Positions 9,746-17,636 of a DNA stretch of 64,000 bases are shown piece after piece. The DNA is from an uncultured Clostridia bacterium (GTDB taxonomy: Bacteria; Bacillota; Clostridia; Christensenellales; QALW01): assembly GCA_934465535.1 (NCBI GenBank), contig CAKSKV010000004.1, forward strand, positions 41,715 through 105,714. The letters are read 5' to 3'. The stretch's first letter is position 1, and each line of letters begins with the position of its first letter. The position numbers were made by a program, and so were the translations under genes. The notes beneath the pieces are model-generated. The model worked only from the letters and a program-made list of their open reading frames with translations. It did not search any database and had not been told where the DNA came from.

Positions 9746-10555
9746 TTAATCGGCTATGGCCGGGGGTGTAAAGCCTTTGAAGGTGAAGGAAATGCTGCTT
9801 TGCTGGATTTTTATAAGAGAATTATCCGCCGTGCTGTAATACATATAGGTGGCGGTGCTGGTAAAGGCGGTATTGGGGCGCACTACAACGGCATAGCACT
9901 CCACTTCGTTGTCATTGGCGTCCTTTATGCTGGTTACCTCGGCAACGGTAAGGCACATGCTCTGTACGGAATCGCGATTGGAGGAGGACAGAGTGAAGTT
10001 GAGCTTAAGGTCTTTATAGAGCGACAGGCAGCTGATAACAAAGGGCAGGGTTTCGGAATCGTAATACTGGCTGCTCACATTTACGGTGTAATCGCTGGTG
10101 GTCATTTCGTTGCTGTTATCGGGATACTGCTTTACATGAATCTCGATTTTTCCCTGGTTGAAGAGATGGTCGACATTCACGGAAACATTCTGTTGGGTGT
10201 TATCGTTGTTTTTATAATCCATGCTGACGGACACCGGTGACATTTCGGTGCGCCCGTTTTCCTTCTGACCAAGAAGGATATTGACGGAATCGATGCTTTC
10301 GGCGCCCTTTTCGCCGTGGCTTTCTATGCGTATACGCTCCCTGCCGCTTTCGTCGGTGTATTTTGAAACGGTATAAACGGTGTCGTAATCAGAGGCGACA
10401 TCGCCGTTTACCTGTCTTGTGGCAAAGGTGTATTGACCCTCCTTAAGCTTGGAAACATCCAGCTGAAGCATATCGTTCTCAGGCGCGGCGCAGCCGCAGC
10501 AAAGCACGAGCAGCGCAGAGGTAAGCAGCGCGACAAGGCCGGTTTTCTTTTTCAT
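9746..10555 (-). CDS. hypothetical lipoprotein
   Basis: Signal peptide with a Cys-containing lipobox-like end (LLVLCCGCA). No recognisable catalytic motif. Confidence 0.6.
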   Translation of the reverse strand: MKKKTGLVALLTSALLVLCCGCAAPENDMLQLDVSKLKEGQYTFATRQVNGDVASDYDTVYTVSKYTDESGRERIRIESHGEKGAESIDSVNILLGQKENGRTEMSPVSVSMDYKNNDNTQQNVSVNVDHLFNQGKIEIHVKQYPDNSNEMTTSDYTVNVSSQYYDSETLPFVISCLSLYKDLKLNFTLSSSNRDSVQSMCLTVAEVTSIKDANDNEVECYAVVVRPNTAFTSTATYMYYSTADNSLIKIQQSSISFTFKGFTPPAIAD

Positions 10556-10793
10556 ACGGATCTCCTTTTTGCCGTGCCCGGTAAGGCGCGCCCGAAAGGC
10601 GCTGCACTCGGTAAAACGGCGGGGGAATTATTTATATGGTTTATTATAGCATCAATGCGGCAAAACATAAAGAGAATTTTTTATAAACAGTGCATTTCAG
10701 ATGCCGGAAAACAGAAGCAGAAGCATAAAGCCCGCATTATAAAGCACAGGCCGCGGTTTTTTTCCGCGGCCTGTCGTGAAAAGGGCTTATAAG

Positions 10794-13007
10794 TTATTTT
10801 CTGCGCTTGCGGAAGAACACGGCTATAAGCACGGAGGCGCCGATAACCACCACCGCAATGGGAATAAGCATCCAGTGCAGCCCGAAGGGGACCTGAACCT
10901 GCTCTCCCGGCTCGGCGGTAGGCTGCTGTGTCGGAGGCGGCGTTACGGGATCGGAGGATTTTGCAAGCACGCTTGCCGCATCGGGCTGCCCCACTGCGTC
11001 ATCCACGGTTTTGCGATTGGGCGCGGTGTTGGTGGTTATGAAGGAAACGCCCTTGCGTGCGGTTTCCAGCATGGCCTTGCCGCCGTCCACCGTCCACATA
11101 TTTACAAGGGCGCCCCTGTGGGCAAGCGCGCGTGTTGCAGCGGCGGTCAATGCGCTGCTGGGACTGTATGAGCCGCCTGCGGAGGAGGTTTGGATATAGA
11201 AGGTTTCCAGGGATTTGACGGTGCCGTCGCCCTGAGCGTTTACCAGCAGGGAGGCGCCCACCTCCGGCATTTCCTCGCGGGATTTTTTGATTTGGTTGGG
11301 ATAAAAGCTGATTATTACTATGCGGTCCAGCATGCCCTTCTCGCGGGCAAGCTCGCTTATAAGGCGGGCGCATTTTGCCTTTTTGCTTTTTATTTCTATT
11401 ACCAGCATAAGGTCGTTGTTTTTCATTTCGTCAAAGAACTCGTCAAGGAAGGCGAAGTGCGCGCTGTTGTATTTGCCCACGGTGCGCAGGGTATATTCCT
11501 TGAGCTGCTCCCGCGTAAGGCGCTCCACATTTACATTGTCATTAGAGGTGGTATAGCCGCCCGTGGTGCCGTTATGGTTTATTAACAGATGGCCGTCGGA
11601 GGTTACATATACATCACATTCCACGGCATCGGCGCCTGCGGCTGCCGCTTCGCGCATACCCTCAACGGTGTTTTCCGGAGCAAGGGAGGGAACGCCGCGG
11701 TGCGCCACTATGAAGGGACGGCGCACAAAGGCCTCGCCCTGATCCACGGAGGAGAAAAGCTCATAGGCCTTGGCGTGGTCGGAAACCACAACATGGTTTG
11801 CGCCGCAGTCCAACGCCGCGCGCACTGCGGAATCGTCGGAGGTGTTTTCTTCAGGGCGCAGCATTACGGAGAGGAAGCGCGCCTGAAAATACTCGGCCTG
11901 CTCGCGGGTAACGGAGGACACCACCGCGATGTCGGCGTTTGCGCTGTGCACGGCAAATGCGCCCTCCGCGCCGGTTTTATCGGTTATAAGACCCTTGCGC
12001 ACCCCATTGGCGGATATTTCGCCAAGCACCTCAGCCGATGCGGAAACCACTATGAAATCGGTTTCGCCGCTTTGCTTTATGTATTCCTGAAGCTCCTGAG
12101 CCTGCTGCCGGCTGTCAAGCCGGAGCACGGGTATGATTCTTAAGCGGCAGGCGGCAAATATATCGGAAAGGGAGACGCCCTCAATCTTTGAAAGGTCAAA
12201 CCACGCAGCCTGAGTGGGAGCATCCTTGCTGAGGGAGGCTATGCCCTCCTTTGAGGAGATGTATTCCACAACGCTGGGGGGAGCTATAATGCCGGTTTCC
12301 GGCTCGTACACCATGCGGACGGTATCGCTTGCAGGCTCCTGACGATCCGCTATTTCGGCCGTTTTGGAAATGCGCACGGCATACACGCGCAGAACCGCCG
12401 CATTGGTTTGCAGGGCAAAGCCGCCGGCATCGGTAAGAAGGGCGGAATCGGTATAAAGCAGCTCCTGTCCGTTTATGCTTTGGGTGATCTTGCTGCCATC
12501 GCACACTATTTTGGCCGTATATATCTTATCCGGCGATATGCTTTCCGAAAAAGCGCCCTTGCCGTTATACTGCCAGGAGCCGCCGTTATCCTTGCAGGCG
12601 ATCTCCACGCCGTTTGCGGCCGCAGCGCCCCGCCGTATGCACATTTGCATATAAGGCTTGGGATCGGCGCCGGCGCCCGTCATTCTGTACATAAAGGATA
12701 TCCATCGGGTATCCTCGTTTGCGGAGGCTATGGTGAAATCCACCTCCATGGTGAAATCGGCAAGCTTTTCGCCGTCGGGAAGGTTTATGCTTGCTATACT
12801 GCTCTGTTCAAGCTGTACATAGCCGTTTTGAGCGCTGGCCTTGCCCGTAAGCACCGTAAGGGCCGAGGGCAGTGTATCTCCCGCTTTAAGGGAGGTGAAA
12901 TCGGCGTTAAGACAGTAGTCTTCGTCCTGTGCCGCAGCAGCGAAGCTAAAGCAGCCCAGCAGCATTACCAGTGCCGTCAGTGCACAGAGTAGCTTTGTTT
13001 TTCTCAT
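10794..13007 (-). CDS. glycerophosphodiester phosphodiesterase-family surface protein
   Basis: Signal peptide (start set at ATG 13007, MRKTKLL). GDPD blocks VAHRGVPSLAPENT and VECDVYVTSDGHLLINHN. C-terminal Pro/Thr linker, TM anchor and RKRRK. Confidence 0.8.
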   Translation of the reverse strand: MRKTKLLCALTALVMLLGCFSFAAAAQDEDYCLNADFTSLKAGDTLPSALTVLTGKASAQNGYVQLEQSSIASINLPDGEKLADFTMEVDFTIASANEDTRWISFMYRMTGAGADPKPYMQMCIRRGAAAANGVEIACKDNGGSWQYNGKGAFSESISPDKIYTAKIVCDGSKITQSINGQELLYTDSALLTDAGGFALQTNAAVLRVYAVRISKTAEIADRQEPASDTVRMVYEPETGIIAPPSVVEYISSKEGIASLSKDAPTQAAWFDLSKIEGVSLSDIFAACRLRIIPVLRLDSRQQAQELQEYIKQSGETDFIVVSASAEVLGEISANGVRKGLITDKTGAEGAFAVHSANADIAVVSSVTREQAEYFQARFLSVMLRPEENTSDDSAVRAALDCGANHVVVSDHAKAYELFSSVDQGEAFVRRPFIVAHRGVPSLAPENTVEGMREAAAAGADAVECDVYVTSDGHLLINHNGTTGGYTTSNDNVNVERLTREQLKEYTLRTVGKYNSAHFAFLDEFFDEMKNNDLMLVIEIKSKKAKCARLISELAREKGMLDRIVIISFYPNQIKKSREEMPEVGASLLVNAQGDGTVKSLETFYIQTSSAGGSYSPSSALTAAATRALAHRGALVNMWTVDGGKAMLETARKGVSFITTNTAPNRKTVDDAVGQPDAASVLAKSSDPVTPPPTQQPTAEPGEQVQVPFGLHWMLIPIAVVVIGASVLIAVFFRKRRK

Positions 13008-13300
13008 AATTCCGTTTCCTTTCGTGCCGGCCGTCCAGAAGGAGGCTCGGAAAATACGCGGCAAGCGCGCAAAAAGCGGAACCGCTGTTCCGACAAAATC
13101 GTTAATCCTATTATACTACCCGGCAGGCGCATAGTCAATATTGAAAATTGCGGCGGCGCGGACAAACCTGCAGAAGAGGCGGCTGCTTTCCGCCCGAAAA
13201 CGGCAAAAAATCAAAAGCAAAGCGGGGGCATTATCCCGGGCGCAGCGACATATATTCTAAAAAGCGGCAAGCCGCAAAGGAACGGACGGAGGGCGGAATA

Positions 13301-13969
13301 ATGACACAGCAGGTAAAAACAGAGGAAAAGGACAGAATAACGGAGCCCAGCAGCACAAGCAATTATGTACGCATAACCGGGGTTGTGGACAGCCGGGCGG
13401 AGTACAGCCACGAGGTTTATGCGGAAACCTTTTACTGCTTTAATATAAGAACGCGCAGACTGAGCGGCGCGGAGGATGTGCTGCCGGTGACGGTAAAAGC
13501 GCACATGACGGGGCTTTGCAGGGAGGGGGAAAGGATAACGCTGGAGGGACAGCTGCGCTCCTACAATGTAATGCGCGACGGGCGCAGCCATCTGGTGCTG
13601 AAGATATTTGCGCGGCGTGTTTTTCCCGCAATGCCGGAGGATGCGGATGAAAACCGCGTGCTGCTTCAGGGCTACCTGTGCAAAGCGCCGGTTTACCGCA
13701 CCACTCCGTTTTACCGGGAGATATCGGATATGCTGCTTGCCGTCAACCGCGCCTACGGAAAAAGCGATTATATCCCCTGCATCTGCTGGGGACACAATGC
13801 CAGACTGTGCAGCAGAATGTCGGCGGCGCAGTACCTGATAACGGAGGGCAGGCTGCAAAGCAGGATATATGAAAAACGAACGCCTGACGGAGCGATTGTG
13901 CAGCATGTGGCATACGAAGTGTCGCTCAGCCGTGTTTTGGCAGTGCAGACGGACGGGGACGCCTCATAA
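13301..13969 (+). CDS. SSB-like protein with two tandem OB-fold-like halves
   Basis: Start at ATG 13301 (MTQQVK). Two similar halves (NYVRITGVV..ITLEGQLRSY and VLLQGYLCK..LITEGRLQSRIY) resemble SSB OB folds. There is no acidic C-terminal tail. Confidence 0.45.
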   Translation: MTQQVKTEEKDRITEPSSTSNYVRITGVVDSRAEYSHEVYAETFYCFNIRTRRLSGAEDVLPVTVKAHMTGLCREGERITLEGQLRSYNVMRDGRSHLVLKIFARRVFPAMPEDADENRVLLQGYLCKAPVYRTTPFYREISDMLLAVNRAYGKSDYIPCICWGHNARLCSRMSAAQYLITEGRLQSRIYEKRTPDGAIVQHVAYEVSLSRVLAVQTDGDAS

Positions 13970-14012
13970 AAGAACGCGTAAGACGGGTGCTGACAGCGGC
14001 GTTAAAAAGCGC

Positions 14013-14041
14013 TTGCAATTTGCTGCGGCAGGTGCTATAAT
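14013..14041 (+). promoter_or_regulatory. near-consensus sigma-A promoter
   Basis: TTGCAA, 17-nt spacer ending in TGC, then TATAAT (extended -10, TGnTATAAT). Confidence 0.6.
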
Positions 14042-14077
14042 GAATTTATTGAATAAAAAAGAAAGGAGCCGATAAAA

Positions 14078-14155
14078 ATGACCAAAACCGTATTTGCCAA
14101 AACAGATTTTATTGCAGCAGCGTGCTGTGCGGCTCCTTTTCGCAGCGGGAACTGA
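14078..14155 (+). CDS. 25-aa sORF (candidate leader peptide or small peptide): MTKTVFAKTDFIAAACCAAPFRSGN
   Basis: AAAGGAG lies 9 nt before the ATG. A strong promoter sits upstream and a strong terminator downstream. The RBS segment AAAGGAGCCG (14062-14071) is perfectly complementary to CGGCTCCTTT (14130-14139) inside the ORF. Confidence 0.3.
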   Translation: MTKTVFAKTDFIAAACCAAPFRSGN

Positions 14156-14181
14156 TATTTCCGGTTTTTTACCGGATACGG

Positions 14182-14217
14182 AGGACTCCTGACGCCAAAG
14201 GCGCAGGAGTCTTTTTT
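14182..14217 (+). terminator. strong intrinsic terminator / attenuator upstream of the ABC locus
   Basis: GGACTCCTG..CGCC AAA GGCG..CAGGAGTCT stem followed by TTTTTT, 115 nt before the ABC start codon. Confidence 0.75.
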
Positions 14218-14332
14218 GTTTGCCGCCGTTTTTTGCAAAAAAAGCGGCTTCCGCGCGAAAAGGGCGTAAAAAAGCCGGTATTTAATGCTCGGGCGGAAAA
14301 TAACGGCATATGAAAAGGCAGAAAGGAAGCTT

Positions 14333-16807
14333 ATGACAAAGGAAATGCCGGGGTCGCTTAAGACGGCCCTCAAAAACGACGGCTGTGAGGCCAAGGCGTG
14401 GGCGTGCGCAGACCTCGGGCAGGGAACAGACTGCGGGGAGCACTCCCGTGAAGAAAACATATATACCGTGCTTACGCAGGACAGCCTGCTTATATACAAA
14501 GCGCAAAGACGGGAAAAATGCCGTACATATTCGGGATATTTTGAAAAACGGGCGCATATGAAGGCGGCTATACAGCCGGAAACCCCGGTGCTCAGCGCAC
14601 GGTATATGCTGTCCTCTCTGGGAAACCCCAAAACGGAGAATCTGGTGGCGGGCGGCTGCCTTACGGTGGAAAAGGACGGCGTGCGGCATCTTGTATGCGT
14701 GTTTTCCGGGCAGTATCTGCGCCCGATGACCCGCTTCTGCGCCGCTCTTGAAAAGGTATGCGCGCTTAACAGCGCGGAGGATAAGCCCCAAGACGGGGGT
14801 GCGCCCCGCCCCTCAATGCCCGCAAGACACGGCGGTCCCGGCGGACCAGGTGGTCCGGGTGGTCCGGGAGGACCGGGAGGGCCCGGTGGTCCGGGCGGAC
14901 CCGGGGGGCCGGACGGCGAGGAGGACGATGAGGTGCCCTGCTGCCCCAAATGCGGCATGCCCTACCCCGAACGCGACCGCAGGATATGCCCGCACTGTAT
15001 GGACAGACGCTCGGTATTTATGCGGGTGCTGGGCTATTTTGCCCCGTTTAAGAAGCAGCTGATAATAATGATGATTGCCGTACTGCTGGGCACGGCGATG
15101 TCCCTTGCGCTGCCCTACTTAAGCGGCACGCTGCTGTTTGACCGCGTGCTTTCCAAAAACGAAGCGGCGGCGGCTTTTCTTGAAAGGCTGGGTATTCCCG
15201 GGCAGTACATGACCGCGCTGTGGATAGTGGCGGGGCTGATGCTTGCGGCAAAGCTTATTCAAACGCTGTTTAGCATGGTGCAGGGGCGCATTGTGGCCTC
15301 CATAGTGCCCCGGGTGATGAAAAGCATAAAGACCTCCATATTCGATTCCCTCGGAAGGCTGTCGGTGTCCTTCTTTGCGCGCCGTCAGACGGGCGGACTG
15401 ATGACCCGCATAAACGGGGATGCAAACGAGGTAATGGGCTTCTTTATTGACGGGCTGCCCTTTGTGTTTACTCACGGAGCGTATATTATCTGCTCCATGA
15501 TAATAATGTTCACGCTTTCCTGGAAGCTGGCCCTTGTGTCGGTGGTGCTTGTGCCCGCGCTGTTTTATGTGGGCTTTATGATGATGCCCACGCTTTGGCA
15601 CTACTACGGACGCCGCCACCGCGCCAATCGCTCGCTTAACGCTCAGATAAACGACAATCTTACCGGCGCGAGGGTGGTTAAGGCCTTCGGACGCGAGGAG
15701 GAGGAGGTGCGCCGTTTTCAGAAGGGCAACAGCCGTATGCGCAGGGCGGAGCTGGATCTTGTGGATTTTGACAACCGCTACTATGCCCTGTTTGTAACGG
15801 TGGAGCAGCTGGCGCAGATGGCGGTATGGATAATAGGCTCGATCATGCTGCTGGGCAGCGGCGAGATAACCTACGGCGTATTAGTATCCTTTGTGGGATA
15901 TGTTTCGGCTCTTAGCAATCCGCTTGATTTTATGAGCTTTGCCATGCGCTGGTGGACGGATTCCATGAACAGCGCTCAGCGCATATTTGAGATACTGGAT
16001 GCCGTGCCCGAGGTGACGGAAAAGCCGGATGCAATTGAGCTTAAGGACATAAAGGGACAAGTGGAGATGAGGAATGTCTGCTTTTCCTATGAGCCCAACA
16101 AGCCGGTGCTTAAAAACATTTCCTTTACGGCTCCGGCGGGAAAAATGCTGGGCATAGTGGGACATTCCGGCGCGGGAAAGAGCACGATAGTAAACCTTAT
16201 ATCCCGGCTTTACGATGCCACGGAGGGGCAGGTGCTTATTGACGGCATAAATGTAAAGGATGTGACCATTGCCTCTTTGCGGCGCAGCGTGGCCATGGTA
16301 TCGCAGGAGACATATATATTCATGGGCTCGGTTGCCCAGAACATTGCCTATGCCCGCCCGGACGCTTCCGACGAAGAGATAGTGGCGGCCGCCAAGGCGG
16401 CAAGCGCGCACGAATTCATAATGCGTATGCCGGAGGGCTACAACACCCTTATAGGCGCATCGGGACGCAGCCTTTCCGGCGGCGAGCGCCAGAGGATAAG
16501 CATTGCGCGGGCGATACTTGCAGACCCCAAGATACTTATACTGGACGAAGCCACGGCCAGCGTGGACACGGAAACCGAGCGCAGCATACAGGATGCGATA
16601 GACCGGCTGGTGGTGGGACGCACCACCATAAGCATAGCGCACAGGCTTTCCACGCTGCGTGCGGCGGACAGGCTGATAGTTATTGAAAACGGAGAGGTGG
16701 CGGAAAGCGGCACTCATGCGGAGCTGGCGCGCGCAAAGGGCGTATATTTCCGGCTGCTTCAGCTGCAAAGCAAGGCGCTGTCGGTAAGGGGCCTTGACAA
16801 CAACTGA
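14333..16807 (+). CDS. ABC exporter (TMD-NBD half transporter) with N-terminal soluble module, (GGP)9 linker and zinc ribbon
   Basis: ~165-aa N-terminal module, GGP x9, 4-Cys ribbon CCPKCG..CPHC, six-helix exporter TMD, and an NBD with GHSGAGKST, LSGGERQR, ILILDEATS. Start set at ATG 14333 after GAAAGGAAG. Confidence 0.85.
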   Translation: MTKEMPGSLKTALKNDGCEAKAWACADLGQGTDCGEHSREENIYTVLTQDSLLIYKAQRREKCRTYSGYFEKRAHMKAAIQPETPVLSARYMLSSLGNPKTENLVAGGCLTVEKDGVRHLVCVFSGQYLRPMTRFCAALEKVCALNSAEDKPQDGGAPRPSMPARHGGPGGPGGPGGPGGPGGPGGPGGPGGPDGEEDDEVPCCPKCGMPYPERDRRICPHCMDRRSVFMRVLGYFAPFKKQLIIMMIAVLLGTAMSLALPYLSGTLLFDRVLSKNEAAAAFLERLGIPGQYMTALWIVAGLMLAAKLIQTLFSMVQGRIVASIVPRVMKSIKTSIFDSLGRLSVSFFARRQTGGLMTRINGDANEVMGFFIDGLPFVFTHGAYIICSMIIMFTLSWKLALVSVVLVPALFYVGFMMMPTLWHYYGRRHRANRSLNAQINDNLTGARVVKAFGREEEEVRRFQKGNSRMRRAELDLVDFDNRYYALFVTVEQLAQMAVWIIGSIMLLGSGEITYGVLVSFVGYVSALSNPLDFMSFAMRWWTDSMNSAQRIFEILDAVPEVTEKPDAIELKDIKGQVEMRNVCFSYEPNKPVLKNISFTAPAGKMLGIVGHSGAGKSTIVNLISRLYDATEGQVLIDGINVKDVTIASLRRSVAMVSQETYIFMGSVAQNIAYARPDASDEEIVAAAKAASAHEFIMRMPEGYNTLIGASGRSLSGGERQRISIARAILADPKILILDEATASVDTETERSIQDAIDRLVVGRTTISIAHRLSTLRAADRLIVIENGEVAESGTHAELARAKGVYFRLLQLQSKALSVRGLDNN
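14831..14911 (+). repeat. in-frame 9-nt repeat encoding (Gly-Gly-Pro)x9
   Basis: Read directly: GGC GGT CCC / GGC GGA CCA / GGT GGT CCG and so on, nine units with varied synonymous codons. Confidence 0.95.
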
Positions 16808-16825
16808 AAAGGAAGGACAAATTAT

Positions 16826-17494
16826 ATGGAACAGAATGATATAAGCACGGAAAACACAGGCCTTGAGAATAACGGCGCCGAAAATACCGGCATTGCCTCT
16901 GCGGAGGAGGAAAACACCGCGGCGCAGAAAGGCGCGGGGAAGCAGGAGGACGATTATCAGAGCATAATAGCGGCGCAGAACGCCAAGGTGGAGCAGATGT
17001 TCAGCATATGCTTCCTTACGCCGGAAAACGCCTCCGTGGAGCGCACGGAGGGCGGGCTGCTGCGCGCGAGGATCAACGGCAAGGACTATCCGCGCATACA
17101 CCCGGCGCGCTGCTTCCCCTTTACAAGCCCCGACGAATACATATCCCTGCGCGAGGGCACGGGAAACCAGAGCAAGGAAATAGGAATGCTCAGATATATA
17201 AACTCATTGGGCGAGGAAACGGCAAAAATCATAAAAGAACAGCTGGATATGATATATTTTATGCCGGTAATCGAGCATATAAAGAGCATACGGGAGGAAT
17301 ACGGCTATTCCTACTGGGATACCGTTACCGACAGGGGCGAGATACGCTTTACCGTGACCATGGGAGGCAACAGCATAATAAAGCTGAGCGATGTGCGCCT
17401 GATAATTACCGACCTTGACGGCAACCGCTTTGAAATACCGGATACGGAGCGTCTGAGCGGACGGGAGCTGAAAATGCTGGATCTGTATCTGTAA
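16826..17494 (+). CDS. DUF1854-like protein
   Basis: 222 aa with an acidic, low-complexity N-terminus. The block ARCFPFTSPDEYISLRE and the C-terminal half match my recollection of DUF1854. It sits between two ABC exporter genes, the usual context for that family. Confidence 0.7.
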   Translation: MEQNDISTENTGLENNGAENTGIASAEEENTAAQKGAGKQEDDYQSIIAAQNAKVEQMFSICFLTPENASVERTEGGLLRARINGKDYPRIHPARCFPFTSPDEYISLREGTGNQSKEIGMLRYINSLGEETAKIIKEQLDMIYFMPVIEHIKSIREEYGYSYWDTVTDRGEIRFTVTMGGNSIIKLSDVRLIITDLDGNRFEIPDTERLSGRELKMLDLYL

Positions 17495-17527
17495 TGCTCC
17501 TTATGCCGTCCGTTTCCGTCCGCCGGG

Positions 17528-17566
17528 CTTGCCGTGCGGACTTGCGGTGCGGGCTTGCAGTGCGGA
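17528..17566. repeat. 3 x 13-bp imperfect tandem repeat in the intergenic spacer
   Basis: CTTGCCGTGCGGA / CTTGCGGTGCGGG / CTTGCAGTGCGGA, read directly. Confidence 0.7.
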
Positions 17567-17636
17567 CAAAACAAAGGAATGTACATGAAAAACGCGCAAA
17601 AATATCCGCGTAAAAACAAAAAAATCGGAGAATATT

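Noticed and set aside
14035-14958. 307-aa minus-strand ORF containing a (PGP)n repeat.
   Set aside because: It is the reverse complement of the (GGP)9 linker of the exporter gene. The rest is Ser/Arg/Pro-rich low-complexity sequence, and it spans the plus-strand promoter, sORF and terminator.
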